IMG/VR virus record: IMGVR_UViG_3300046453_000063
Span: 32,001-96,000 of that record
Strand: one strand, 5' to 3'
From: a virus
DNA length: 64,000 nt
Shown: positions 11,443 through 20,427 of the stretch, piece after piece
Numbering within the stretch: the stretch's first letter is position 1
Layout of the letters: each line of letters opens with the position of its first letter
The notes under the pieces: generated by a model
What the model was told of the DNA's origin: nothing
Database searches by the model: none
The model's input: only the letters and a program-made list of their open reading frames with translations
Position numbers and translations under genes: made by a program

Positions 11443-11797
11443 TCAAAATGTAAGGTATAAATATATGGAGATTTGTCCTAATAGTACAATGAAATGCGAT
11501 ACATATGAAGAAATTGATTACAAAATTAAACGAGCTGTTGATTTGGGCAGAGTTGTTTATACATATCCTTGCAGAGTTATTCAGTATTATAATTTGAGGT
11601 TAACAGTTGAAATCGGTGATAAAGAAAACACCGTTATTGATATGGAAAAGAATGACGACTTTTATCGAGTAGATGAAGATCGGAAATTTGCACACGAATG
11701 CAAGCATTATAATATGGCTATTTGTGATTTTGATTATCAAGATAATAAAGCGTCAAAAGAAGAGATTATGAATATTCTAGGGAAAAAATTCTTTTAA
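11432..11797 (+). CDS. hypothetical protein
   Basis: GGAGG RBS, ATG 11432. Confidence 0.7.
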   Translation: MKISQNVRYKYMEICPNSTMKCDTYEEIDYKIKRAVDLGRVVYTYPCRVIQYYNLRLTVEIGDKENTVIDMEKNDDFYRVDEDRKFAHECKHYNMAICDFDYQDNKASKEEIMNILGKKFF

Positions 11798-11813
11798 TAA
11801 AAAGGAGATAAAA

Positions 11814-12398
11814 ATGACACCAGAACGGGTTAAACATTTCAAAAGACTTCATATCCAAAAGCATCAAGATTGTGATGCATACCTTACCGTTGGGGATTTC
11901 AATTCTTTATTAGCTGATCTAGAAGAGGCGCAACAACAAATTAAAGATCAGGACGAACTACAGGAAACCACGCTAGGACTCCTTATGGAAGCACAGGAAG
12001 ATTATGAAGAGACGAGAAAACAATTGGCAGAGGCACAACAACGGGCAGAGATTGCTTATCTGGCATACGAAGGATTACAGAATGATTGTGTAAGTCGTGG
12101 GGAGTACGAGTCAATGCTTAACAAAAATACGGTGCTGGCTAAGGCGATTCGAGAGGCAAAACAGACAATATCAAACCAACAAAGCAAGATTGACGCAGCA
12201 TTGTCCTGGACGTGGAACTGTGGTGAGGCAAATATGCTTGAGGTTATCGCAGCGTTGAATGGCAAAGAACAAACCGTACTCACATTCCCAAACTGTCCTG
12301 TATGCAATAGTAATAACACGCTGTCTCACCCAACTAAAACAGGAACGTGGTTGTGCGTTCCATGCAACAAAGTCTTTGAGGAAGGAGAGACCACGTGA
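11814..12398 (+). CDS. coiled-coil protein with C-terminal zinc ribbon
   Basis: AAGGAG RBS; CPVC...CVPC. Confidence 0.75.
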   Translation: MTPERVKHFKRLHIQKHQDCDAYLTVGDFNSLLADLEEAQQQIKDQDELQETTLGLLMEAQEDYEETRKQLAEAQQRAEIAYLAYEGLQNDCVSRGEYESMLNKNTVLAKAIREAKQTISNQQSKIDAALSWTWNCGEANMLEVIAALNGKEQTVLTFPNCPVCNSNNTLSHPTKTGTWLCVPCNKVFEEGETT

Positions 12399-12646
12399 CA
12401 TTTGAAAACGTAAAGCACAACATCCCAGAGATAATGCGCAGACACCCATTCCAAAAACAACAAAGCGAACATTTTGATTTAGAGGATATTCTGGATGATT
12501 ATGAACTATGTAAGAAAATTTGCTATTTGTACGACATTGGAATAACAATTAAAATGATAAAATCTGTCTACTCTGATATTGAAAACGAGAGAAGCGAAGA
12601 TAATCGAACAGATAATGACTCGATTGAAAACCGAGATTACTATTAA
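12395..12646 (+). CDS. hypothetical protein
   Basis: AAGGAG RBS, GTGA overlap. Confidence 0.65.
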   Translation: MTFENVKHNIPEIMRRHPFQKQQSEHFDLEDILDDYELCKKICYLYDIGITIKMIKSVYSDIENERSEDNRTDNDSIENRDYY

Positions 12647-12659
12647 TTTAATTCTGGGG

Positions 12660-12726
12660 TTTAAAAAAATGGCTAAAAATCAACGTTATTTTAAGCTAAA
12701 AACTTCATGAAAGGCGAGTTTTATCA
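12660..12726. repeat. composite site (diverged accessory palindrome + 8-6-8 site)
   Basis: TCATGAAA-GGCGAG-TTTTATCA at 12705-12726, preceded by TTAAAAAAA...GCTAAAA...TTATTTTAAGC. Confidence 0.6.
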
Positions 12727-12750
12727 AAACATGGAAATGGGAGTGAAAAT

Positions 12751-12912
12751 ATGGCTATTGTTGCAGTATTATTGATTCAAATCTCTTTGTTGATTATTAG
12801 TATTATTGGTTACTTGGGTAAACTCAAAAAATATAAATATGAAAGAATTATTCCATTTATGATAATTTTATTAAGTCTTGTTTTGACATTTATAATGTTC
12901 AAATGGCTTTAA
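12751..12912 (+). CDS. small two-TM membrane protein
   Basis: GGGAG RBS; MAIVAVLLIQISLLIISIIGY...IIPFMIILLSLVLTFIMFKWL. Confidence 0.65.
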   Translation: MAIVAVLLIQISLLIISIIGYLGKLKKYKYERIIPFMIILLSLVLTFIMFKWL

Positions 12913-12948
12913 TTAATTGACAATTAAATATGAAAGGAGACTTACTAA

Positions 12949-13158
12949 ATGCTACTCAGCATAATTTTCGGATGGTTAGCTCCATGTTATCTATACATAG
13001 GAATGTTCACGCTGCTAATTGGAATGATCATCGATGGTATTTCAGAATTTGGGTGGAAGCAAACAGCACAATTTATTCTTGCTTGGCCTGTGATTTGGTT
13101 CGTGGTTGTATTGCTTAAACATGATATGTATAAAAATAAGATGGGAAGCAAGAAATGA
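12949..13158 (+). CDS. small membrane protein
   Basis: AAAGGAG RBS; two hydrophobic segments. Confidence 0.65.
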   Translation: MLLSIIFGWLAPCYLYIGMFTLLIGMIIDGISEFGWKQTAQFILAWPVIWFVVVLLKHDMYKNKMGSKK

Positions 13159-13334
13159 CAACTAAAGTATGCAAAAGACACCAACTTGAACCAGCATTTA
13201 TTTATGGTCAATGCATTGGATGTGAAATTGAGTATTACCAGAAAAAATTAAATGAGAAGGATGAAGAGCTTGAGATGTTAAATAAAGAAATGAAGGAGAT
13301 AAGAGAGAAATATGAAACCGTTGAAAGAAAATGA
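13155..13334 (+). CDS. small Cys/His protein
   Basis: ATGA overlap; MTTKVCKRH...CIGC. Confidence 0.55.
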   Translation: MTTKVCKRHQLEPAFIYGQCIGCEIEYYQKKLNEKDEELEMLNKEMKEIREKYETVERK

Positions 13335-13509
13335 TCTTCCGATTGAGGATATCGACCTTCATGAGATCAGAATGAATGAGGTTATTTTGAAAAGAAGTAA
13401 CGATGATTTGATAAGTATGCTGTCATATATGAGTGGATATGCCGGGAATAGTGAATTTTTTGATGAGGCTTTTCAGTCGGCATTAGTTTATATAGGAGAT
13501 GAGAATTAA
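13312..13509 (+). CDS. hypothetical protein
   Basis: Co-oriented, tightly packed ORF. Confidence 0.55.
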   Translation: MKPLKENDLPIEDIDLHEIRMNEVILKRSNDDLISMLSYMSGYAGNSEFFDEAFQSALVYIGDEN

Positions 13510-13884
13510 ATGACAAAAGAAAAAATCCTAAAGATGAACGACTCTGAACTCGATTATTCAATTGCAACAGAATTCTTGAAATGGTATATAACAAAAGGTG
13601 AGTTTAGCGGTAATGAATACTGGAACGATGAGGATGATTATTCTCCATACTCTGTAAATAATTTCTCTCCTTCTAAAAATATTGAGACTGCGTGGACGAC
13701 TGTTGTAGATAAACTAAGTAAGCAAGGAATGAGAATTGTTCTAGAGGACTATATGAATGGAGAGTGGCTGTGCTCTTTGAAGAATATATACGGAGGATAT
13801 ATCATTGGTGTACATAAATTTGATTCGGCAACAAGAGCAATATGCAAAATTGCTTTAATGACATTAATTGATGAATTCTCATGA
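13510..13884 (+). CDS. phage ABA-sandwich-like protein
   Basis: ELDYSIA, FSPSKNIETAW, ATRAICKIAL. Confidence 0.65.
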   Translation: MTKEKILKMNDSELDYSIATEFLKWYITKGEFSGNEYWNDEDDYSPYSVNNFSPSKNIETAWTTVVDKLSKQGMRIVLEDYMNGEWLCSLKNIYGGYIIGVHKFDSATRAICKIALMTLIDEFS

Positions 13885-13900
13885 AAACTATGTTTTACTT
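13879..13900. repeat. 8-6-8 palindromic site
   Basis: TCATGAAA-ACTATG-TTTTACTT overlapping a TGA stop. Confidence 0.55.
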
Positions 13901-13920
13901 AGAAAAATTATTCAAAATTG

Positions 13921-13965
13921 ATTTAATAAATAAATATATACATAATTAATGAAACGTGATAAAAT
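13921..13965 (+). promoter_or_regulatory. AT-rich repeat fused to an extended -10 promoter of the sigma factor
   Basis: 22 bp identical to 10895-10916; TATACA-N17-TAAAAT with TG. Confidence 0.7.
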
Positions 13966-13990
13966 ATCCTCAAAGGAGAAATCACTACAA

Positions 13991-14623
13991 ATGAACATTG
14001 AAAACATCAGATATGATTCTTCCCTAAATAATGAGCAACTAATTAAACTTGGGAAGGAGACGAATTCTAAGGAAATCCGTGACAAAGTTTGCGAGAATAA
14101 TATTCCGTTAGTCATTAAGCTGGCAAATAAATGGTGTGCTCATAAGAATAAGAAAGATCTAGACGATCTCAGATCGATTGGTCTCTATGGTTTAGTCAAA
14201 GCTTACGATACATATGATGTTAACAATGGAGCTAAGTTCTCAACATATGCAGCAAGAGTAGTTTGGGGTGAATTTTGTAGTCAATATAAATACGAGAGAA
14301 TGAAATGTAGAAGTGGATATGATGTAATTAGCATTGATGAGGGAACTTATCGACTAAACGAGTCAACAAAAGAGCTAACTATTGCAGATATCATTCCAGA
14401 TGAATACTCACTAAATGATTTCGAAGAAGTTGAAAGTAAGATGTATATTGAAAACTTCCTTGACTCATCATTCACAGAAAATGAAAAATACATTGCACGC
14501 AGACACTTTATTGATGGATTCACCATTGCTGAAATCGGCAGAGAAGGAAAGGTTTCTCGTCAAGCAGTTCATCAAACTCATAAACGTAATCTTAAAAAGT
14601 TATCCTTGGCAATTGGCTGTTAG
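13991..14623 (+). CDS. phage sigma-70 family sigma factor (sporulation-sigma-like)
   Basis: Region 2 DLRSIGLYGLVKAYDTYD...KFSTYA; region 4 HTH TIAEIG...SRQAVHQ; AAGGAG then ATG 13991. Confidence 0.9.
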   Translation: MNIENIRYDSSLNNEQLIKLGKETNSKEIRDKVCENNIPLVIKLANKWCAHKNKKDLDDLRSIGLYGLVKAYDTYDVNNGAKFSTYAARVVWGEFCSQYKYERMKCRSGYDVISIDEGTYRLNESTKELTIADIIPDEYSLNDFEEVESKMYIENFLDSSFTENEKYIARRHFIDGFTIAEIGREGKVSRQAVHQTHKRNLKKLSLAIGC

Positions 14624-14634
14624 GGGGAATATTC

Positions 14635-14796
14635 ATAAACAAATTCACAATCACAGCAGCAATAACGCTTTGGTTAATCATCATATACATATGCTCAATT
14701 TTAAATGATTCGCCCAAAAGTAAAGGATTGCTATGCATAACATTGGCGTTCATATTTATGACTATAGACTCATACATAAAGTTACACAAGAAATGA
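14635..14796 (+). CDS. small two-TM protein (ATA start)
   Basis: AGGGGG RBS, ATA, INKFTITAAITLWLIIIYICSIL...LLCITLAFIFMTI. Confidence 0.5.
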   Translation: MNKFTITAAITLWLIIIYICSILNDSPKSKGLLCITLAFIFMTIDSYIKLHKK

Positions 14797-14834
14797 CAGC
14801 ATGAGAAGTAATTAACTCTTAGGAGGAATTACGC

Positions 14835-15071
14835 TTGATAATAAAAATAATAAATGCAAAAGATGGTCATTGGTACAAAGATGCAGTAGGATTTAATTTT
14901 GATGCTGAACTAAAAGTTAATCCTAAATTCCAAACAAGATACTATCAACTGCTAAACACAGAAAGGAATCAATCTTACTTTGTAGATGATGAGTTTGAAT
15001 TATTGTTTTTATTGTCTGGATGTAAGGGTGTCGAATATTGGGATGCTATGAGAACATGGGAGGAGGAATAA
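14835..15071 (+). CDS. hypothetical protein
   Basis: AGGAGG RBS, TTG. Confidence 0.7.
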   Translation: MIIKIINAKDGHWYKDAVGFNFDAELKVNPKFQTRYYQLLNTERNQSYFVDDEFELLFLLSGCKGVEYWDAMRTWEEE

Positions 15072-15073
15072 AG

Positions 15074-15220
15074 ATGGAGCAAGAATGTACTAATGGATGT
15101 GGAAAATTGGAAAGTGTGCGTGGTCATATTGAGACAAATGACGGACGTACATATTTTAAAGTGGATATTTTATATTGTCCAGATTGCCTATGTATAGAAT
15201 ATGTTGATGCAAATTTATAG
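15074..15220 (+). CDS. small zinc-ribbon protein
   Basis: GGAGG RBS; CTNGC...CPDC. Confidence 0.6.
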   Translation: MEQECTNGCGKLESVRGHIETNDGRTYFKVDILYCPDCLCIEYVDANL

Positions 15221-15222
15221 GA

Positions 15223-15244
15223 CGATCAAAGGCTGCTTTTATCA
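15223..15244. repeat. 8-6-8 palindromic site
   Basis: CGATCAAA-GGCTGC-TTTTATCA between a stop codon and the next RBS. Confidence 0.6.
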
Positions 15245-15265
15245 AAAATTATGAGGAGAGATAAA

Positions 15266-15550
15266 ATGATTGGATATCTAAATAGTAAATCGGAGAAGCA
15301 AATTGAGACGATGCTGAACAATTTTGAGAAACTAAATAAACACTATCTTCAAGAAGTTACCATTGTTAACGAATTTGCAGGTCATTGCTTTGACATTGGA
15401 CAAAAGGTACTACTCGTAGACATTATTGATGCTGAAATTCCACTATATAAGGCAGTTGATTTAGAACATAAGCAAAAATGTGTAATCCAAGAAGATGAGT
15501 TTGAAGTTGGATTTAACACAACTTTTAAGGAGGTTGAACCATGGAACTAA
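15266..15550 (+). CDS. hypothetical protein
   Basis: GAGGAG RBS, ATG 15266. Confidence 0.7.
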   Translation: MIGYLNSKSEKQIETMLNNFEKLNKHYLQEVTIVNEFAGHCFDIGQKVLLVDIIDAEIPLYKAVDLEHKQKCVIQEDEFEVGFNTTFKEVEPWN

Positions 15551-15747
15551 CCAATAGTCAAAAAACAACGGTGTTTCAAACTATCGAAGACAAACTTTTT
15601 ACACTGCAATATAAAATTTGGGACTATGAAAAACTTGAACAAACTAAAGAAATGGTTTTTCATATCAATAATCTTAAGAAAGACCAAACAGAGCTTCGTG
15701 AAGTAAGAGATATGCTACAAAGAGAGATTGAACTTAGCACAAAATAA
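15541..15747 (+). CDS. hypothetical protein
   Basis: AAGGAGG RBS. Confidence 0.7.
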   Translation: MELTNSQKTTVFQTIEDKLFTLQYKIWDYEKLEQTKEMVFHINNLKKDQTELREVRDMLQREIELSTK

Positions 15748-15771
15748 ATATTAGGAGGGAATTATAAATAT

Positions 15772-16068
15772 ATGACAATGATCTATAAAGTTGAACAAAT
15801 TGATTATATGGGTTATCCAGCCTACGAAAAATATTTTAGTGGCAAGAATAATGCCGAACAGGACTTTGAAGATCGACTACTACATATTAAGAAAACAGAA
15901 AACATTGTTGACCCAGAAGAACATTATAAAGAGAACGAAATTTTACTAGGAGAAAACAATAAAATTAAGACTGAAACTGTTTGGTATTGGGAAAGAACGA
16001 GTTATGAATATGAAGAATATGATAGGTATCCCATTGAACTAAACATTAGAGAGATTGAATTGAATTAA
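15772..16068 (+). CDS. hypothetical protein
   Basis: AGGAGG RBS. Confidence 0.7.
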   Translation: MTMIYKVEQIDYMGYPAYEKYFSGKNNAEQDFEDRLLHIKKTENIVDPEEHYKENEILLGENNKIKTETVWYWERTSYEYEEYDRYPIELNIREIELN

Positions 16069-16221
16069 ATAAAGGGAGTTGAGTAAATGACAATATATAA
16101 AGGCGATTACTATTGTGAAAAGTGCCGACCAGAGCATTATGTTACTTTGTCCTATGAAACACCTACGTGTCCCTGCTGTGGATCGAAAATGACTGAATTT
16201 TTCACGGACGATTAAAAATGA

Positions 16222-16290
16222 TCATCTAAAAAACCGCTAAAACATTGGGTTTTTTAGATGACAAAACTTTATAAAATGAGACTTTCATTA
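16222..16290. repeat. composite site (accessory palindrome + 8-6-8 site)
   Basis: TCATCTAAAAAA[CCGCTAAAACATTGG]GTTTTTTAGATGA then TTATAAAA-TGAGAC-TTTCATTA (16269-16290). Confidence 0.7.
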
Positions 16291-16309
16291 AAATAAAAGG
16301 AGATAAGAT

Positions 16310-16630
16310 ATGGATAATGATAAATTAACAACAGAACATGAATTGTTTATTTCGATTGGATTAAAAGTTCCTATTAAACCTTCTGTATTTAGTAAAGAGA
16401 TTGACTCAATGATATTTGAAAATATTGGATACGTACAAAGCTGGGGAGTACACACTAAACACGAATACATAGAGTTGTGTAGTTCATTACAAGATAGACT
16501 GAATAAAGTAACAGACGCTCTAACTTGGATTAGAAAGAATTATGAAGAAGATTGGACATATGAAGAGGGCATAGGTGAGGCCGTATCTGGTATCATTCTA
16601 TCACTGGAAAATGCCTTAGATATTACCTAA
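16310..16630 (+). CDS. hypothetical protein
   Basis: AAGGAG RBS. Confidence 0.7.
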   Translation: MDNDKLTTEHELFISIGLKVPIKPSVFSKEIDSMIFENIGYVQSWGVHTKHEYIELCSSLQDRLNKVTDALTWIRKNYEEDWTYEEGIGEAVSGIILSLENALDIT

Positions 16631-16830
16631 TGAAAACTGAAATTTATCAAGAAAAAAGGGAGGTAGTCTCAATGGAAGTTGGTTATACATTAAAGGGAAA
16701 ATGGTTGGGAGAAGACTGGCGAAGCAATATCTTCACCGATGCAGAGGATTGTAGTTCTCTTTATTGGAAACTTATTAATGACCGAGATTATGAATCTCTC
16801 AAAGAACATATTGTGTATATGCATTTTTAA
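16630..16830 (+). CDS. hypothetical protein
   Basis: TAATG overlap; alternative start 16672 after GGGAGG. Confidence 0.6.
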   Translation: MKTEIYQEKREVVSMEVGYTLKGKWLGEDWRSNIFTDAEDCSSLYWKLINDRDYESLKEHIVYMHF

Positions 16831-16852
16831 GAAATTAAGTATGACTAAATTC

Positions 16853-16874
16853 AGATAAAACTTTACTTTTATGA
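16853..16874. repeat. 8-6-8 palindromic site
   Basis: AGATAAAA-CTTTAC-TTTTATGA, intergenic. Confidence 0.65.
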
Positions 16875-16898
16875 ATAAATATACGAGGGAGAATAAAT

Positions 16899-17129
16899 AT
16901 GAAAAATTATGAAGAATATGAAAAATACTTTAAAAATGGAGAGCTAGACATTCTAAGTAAATACACCTCGATTTACAAAAAGACTAAAAATAGGAGAATT
17001 AAAAAGAAAAATTTCAAGAAACTTAAAAAAGACCTCTTCTTACTTATGGATAAAATTTTAACAATAAAAATTCAGGAACAGTTTGATTATTTCGTCAAGG
17101 TTGAAGATTCAATTAAATTTAACAAATAA
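16899..17129 (+). CDS. basic hypothetical protein
   Basis: GAGGGAG RBS; KKTKNRRIKKK. Confidence 0.65.
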   Translation: MKNYEEYEKYFKNGELDILSKYTSIYKKTKNRRIKKKNFKKLKKDLFLLMDKILTIKIQEQFDYFVKVEDSIKFNK

Positions 17130-17143
17130 GGAGATGATTTAGA

Positions 17144-17371
17144 ATGAAAATATTCTTATTAATTGAACTCGATATTCTTTGCGAATCAACTAGGGTACAT
17201 AGCGCATATTTTAATATCAAAGACGCAGAAACAAAGAAGATAGGACTAGAAGAACTATGCGAAGCAAAAGAAGCTACGTACATTGATTATATGCATTCAG
17301 ACGATGAAGAAGATTCTCCAGATTCAGACTTTGATTATGTTTACTTAATTCAAGAAATTGAAGTTCATTAG
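17144..17371 (+). CDS. acidic hypothetical protein
   Basis: AAGGAG RBS. Confidence 0.65.
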   Translation: MKIFLLIELDILCESTRVHSAYFNIKDAETKKIGLEELCEAKEATYIDYMHSDDEEDSPDSDFDYVYLIQEIEVH

Positions 17372-17615
17372 TGGTGGTTTAAAATAAACTCAATTTTATG
17401 AAGAAGAGGTGAATTGTATTGGAACGATTCTTTTTAAAAACAAATGAAATTACAAAAGAAACATATTTATTAGAAGTAGATGGAGATTTTTATGGTCATG
17501 ACATGCAGAACATGGTAATTGCTAAATTTTATAATCAAGATTATGCAAAAAGAGTATGCTTTTTATTAAATGAGGATTTGTGAGTTGTTAATAAAATATA
17601 GTGAGAGGTGATTTT

Positions 17616-18113
17616 ATGATTGAATTGAACAAGTCTCAAATCCTAGAAATTGTCATGGATCAATTAACGATTCTACACAATCAAACACCATCAAGCATTA
17701 AGGTGAATATTGATTGGCTAAAATTTCGATATGATAAATATAATTCTGAATGGCACTTTATTGTAAAAGATATTGATGAAGGCATTCTAAAATATGCCGT
17801 GCGTGATTACTATGGTTATCCATCGGTACGATATGTCACATATCAAAAACTTGGTGACTGTATTGCTAGAACGTTTCCTGAAATGGTTAGAGTTGAGTTT
17901 GATTTTAAAGTTAAGGATGATATTACATTGAAAACCACAATGGGCAATGCAGAAGTTATGGAGTTAATTGATATTGTGGCTAGAGTGTATCATGATGACA
18001 AGGCAGAAATTAAGCAGGATGAACTACGTGATCTGATTGATTTGTCATTAGTGATGGGTGATAAAGTATGGTTCGAGGAATTGACAGATACATATAAAAA
18101 CATTAATAAATAA
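17616..18113 (+). CDS. IDEAL-domain protein
   Basis: C-terminal LIDLSLVMGDKVWFEEL; GAGGTG RBS. Confidence 0.7.
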   Translation: MIELNKSQILEIVMDQLTILHNQTPSSIKVNIDWLKFRYDKYNSEWHFIVKDIDEGILKYAVRDYYGYPSVRYVTYQKLGDCIARTFPEMVRVEFDFKVKDDITLKTTMGNAEVMELIDIVARVYHDDKAEIKQDELRDLIDLSLVMGDKVWFEELTDTYKNINK

Positions 18114-18173
18114 ATATACGTAATTAAACGATACAATGAAAATCATAAATTTTATTAAGAAAATGGTGACTAT

Positions 18174-18380
18174 ATGAAAGTATTTTATTCTGACGACCAT
18201 GATGGACATTATCCTGTGGGTGTGTGCTCAATCATTATTGCAGAGAACGAAGTAGTTGCAAGAAATAAACTTAAGAATAAACTTATTGAACACGGTTTAA
18301 GTGCAGAAATAAGCTTTAATTTACATGAAATAAACACAGAAAAATCAGAAGCATACATAATTTTAGATGGTGATTATTAA
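18174..18380 (+). CDS. hypothetical protein (single-gene cassette)
   Basis: GHYPVG motif; lies between sites at 18134 and 18394. Confidence 0.65.
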   Translation: MKVFYSDDHDGHYPVGVCSIIIAENEVVARNKLKNKLIEHGLSAEISFNLHEINTEKSEAYIILDGDY

Positions 18381-18393
18381 GTAAATTACAATC

Positions 18394-18415
18394 AATCGAA
18401 ATCCAGATTTTATTA
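18394..18415. repeat. 8-6-8 palindromic site
   Basis: AATCGAAA-TCCAGA-TTTTATTA. Confidence 0.6.
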
Positions 18416-18439
18416 ATAAAATAAAAAGGAATGATACTA

Positions 18440-18808
18440 ATGTTTCAGTTAGAAGATATTAAAATTTATCACATAATGCACAATCAGTTTCAGGATGCTG
18501 TTGATCAAATTATTCAATTCTATAATGAAATTAATGATAGAGATGATGAGATCGAGAATATTAGGTCAGCCCATGACGGATTTTCAGTTGAAGTTTATCA
18601 ATGGGTGGGCGGAGGATATCAGGATAGTAACACGATAAATATCAGTTTTGATTTGCTCACGAACGAAGAATTATTTAACCATCTTGCACAACAAGCAGAT
18701 GACGCTAGAACAAAAAGAGAAAGGCTCAAAGAGGAAAGAGAGTATGAAAAGAAAAACAAACAAATCGAAGAAGCGATGAAGTTTCTTAAGGATAACGGAA
18801 AACTATGA
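18440..18808 (+). CDS. hypothetical protein (single-gene cassette)
   Basis: AAAGGA RBS; its TGA stop starts the next site. Confidence 0.7.
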   Translation: MFQLEDIKIYHIMHNQFQDAVDQIIQFYNEINDRDDEIENIRSAHDGFSVEVYQWVGGGYQDSNTINISFDLLTNEELFNHLAQQADDARTKRERLKEEREYEKKNKQIEEAMKFLKDNGKL

Positions 18809-18827
18809 TAAATCGTTAGTTTTATCA
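18806..18827. repeat. 8-6-8 palindromic site
   Basis: TGATAAAT-CGTTAG-TTTTATCA. Confidence 0.65.
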
Positions 18828-18846
18828 TGAAAAGGAGTGTTGATAA

Positions 18847-19002
18847 ATGTGTCATTGTAAATATTGTGATGAATCAGAAGAAGAGAACGGATTTTGGGGA
18901 GATGTTTATTTCTATGTGGAAGAGAATAAATGCGATAAAGAAACAGCTATGAAAGCCATAGAAACGATATACGAGGAATTTTGTAAAAGAACCATTTCAT
19001 GA
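18847..19002 (+). CDS. small hypothetical protein (single-gene cassette)
   Basis: AAGGAG RBS; MCHCKYC..., 51 aa; stop lies in the right arm of the next site. Confidence 0.6.
   Translation: MCHCKYCDESEEENGFWGDVYFYVEENKCDKETAMKAIETIYEEFCKRTIS
18981..19002. repeat. 8-6-8 palindromic site
   Basis: TTGTAAAA-GAACCA-TTTCATGA. Confidence 0.6.
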
Positions 19003-19010
19003 GGAATAAT

Positions 19011-19055
19011 ATTTAATGAATAAATATATACATATTGCAATATACATGATATAAT
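19011..19055 (+). promoter_or_regulatory. AT-rich repeat fused to an extended -10 promoter of parMR
   Basis: ATTTAATGAATAAATATATACA; TATACA-N17-TATAAT with TG. Confidence 0.75.
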
Positions 19056-19128
19056 CAACTTATAAGGTTTGTATGACAAGTACATCAAAATGATTTACTT
19101 TGCATTAAGCATATGAGGAGGTTATATC

Positions 19129-20088
19129 ATGTCTTCAATTGTAACACCTGAACTTAGTGTAGTCGATTTGGGATTTAGCTACACCAAGGCCAAGAAAGGT
19201 AGGACGATCTATCTTCAGCCCTCAATAACTGGTGAACCACAACCCATGTTTGAACAGAATATTAAATCCAATTATTTCTCATACAACGATGAACTGTTTA
19301 TTGGAGAATTGGCACAGCAGTTTAGCGATATCAAATACTTTTCACTTAAAGATAATAAGAGTGAAGCAATGACATCAGATGTTCTACTGAAAACTGCACT
19401 AGGGTATCTCAACAAAAGCAAACCCTTCAACATGATTACTGGATTGCCAGTCTTGTTCTACTTTAAACAAATGGCCGATATGGAGAAGTTATTGGACTCA
19501 CTATCAGAACAAAGTACATATAACATTAAAAAAGGGAACAGAGAAATCAATGATATTAAACTTAATATGAATAAATATAAGATATATCCGCAAGGATATG
19601 GAATTGCAATGAGTTTTCTTTTAGATAAACAGGGTAAGCTCATCAACACGTATGTGGCAAGAAAGAAGATACTCGTTATTGATCTGGGCTTTTACACTCT
19701 AAATTTATTGGGACTTGATAAATTAGACATTATGAAGGAATCGACTAGTTTACTGCTGGGGGTTGAAAAGGCATATAAATTGCTTAGAAAATACCTGATT
19801 GAACATGTAGGTAAATCACCATCAATTTATGAACTTGATCAGCACGTAAGATCAGGCTCATATGAAGGATATAATATCAAACCTTTAATCAGAAAAGCAT
19901 TCCAGGCATTAGCCATTCAAATTCAGAATGAAGTCGAAGGATTAAACATCAACTTTGATCATTACTTTATAGGCGGTGGTGCTGCTCATCATATCTATGA
20001 TCTACTTACTCTAAACAATAAGATGCTTTTTGGTCAATTGGCTCAGGTTGAAGGCTATGAGAATGTTGGGGTGAGATTGTGGGGGTAA
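19129..20088 (+). CDS. parM: ParM/StbA-family actin-like ATPase
   Basis: DLGFSYTK, TGLP, PQG, VIDLGFYT, IGGGA. Confidence 0.88.
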   Translation: MSSIVTPELSVVDLGFSYTKAKKGRTIYLQPSITGEPQPMFEQNIKSNYFSYNDELFIGELAQQFSDIKYFSLKDNKSEAMTSDVLLKTALGYLNKSKPFNMITGLPVLFYFKQMADMEKLLDSLSEQSTYNIKKGNREINDIKLNMNKYKIYPQGYGIAMSFLLDKQGKLINTYVARKKILVIDLGFYTLNLLGLDKLDIMKESTSLLLGVEKAYKLLRKYLIEHVGKSPSIYELDQHVRSGSYEGYNIKPLIRKAFQALAIQIQNEVEGLNINFDHYFIGGGAAHHIYDLLTLNNKMLFGQLAQVEGYENVGVRLWG

Positions 20089-20375
20089 AAGTTGTAATGG
20101 CTAGGCTAAGACCAAAAAAAGATGAGGATATCAAGAAGGCTCTTAGTAATTTACCTCCATATTATGATGAGAGCGATATTCTCAGAGAAGCATTAAGACA
20201 ATTTCTGTTTGGACACAAAGGAAGGATTCCACAATTACTTGGAAGTCAGGTATTTGTTGAAGAGAAAAACAGCAATGTTGCAGTAACAATTGATCAAAAA
20301 GTCCAACTAGAGCAGATAGAGACTGACGATGAAGATGAGTTAGAAGCAGCGCTAAATAAGTTTATTACCGAGTAG
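20079..20375 (+). CDS. ParR-like ribbon-helix-helix adaptor
   Basis: Overlaps parM; VVMARL...SDILREALRQF; acidic tail. Confidence 0.7.
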   Translation: MGVKVVMARLRPKKDEDIKKALSNLPPYYDESDILREALRQFLFGHKGRIPQLLGSQVFVEEKNSNVAVTIDQKVQLEQIETDDEDELEAALNKFITE

Positions 20376-20427
20376 GCTATGCCTACTTGATACATATAAA
20401 AAAGAAAATGTAAAGGAGATGATTGTT

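Noticed and set aside
854-18855. Minus-strand ORFs in the early region, and plus-strand ORFs within tail genes
   Set aside because: Antisense to well-supported genes and lack RBS.
12705-19002. Repeats as a CRISPR array or classical attC sites
   Set aside because: Spacing is irregular and holds whole genes; no cas genes; no RYYYAAC/GTTRRRY boxes.
19056-19128. parC centromere upstream of parM
   Set aside because: Only short TACAT-like matches; no convincing iteron array.
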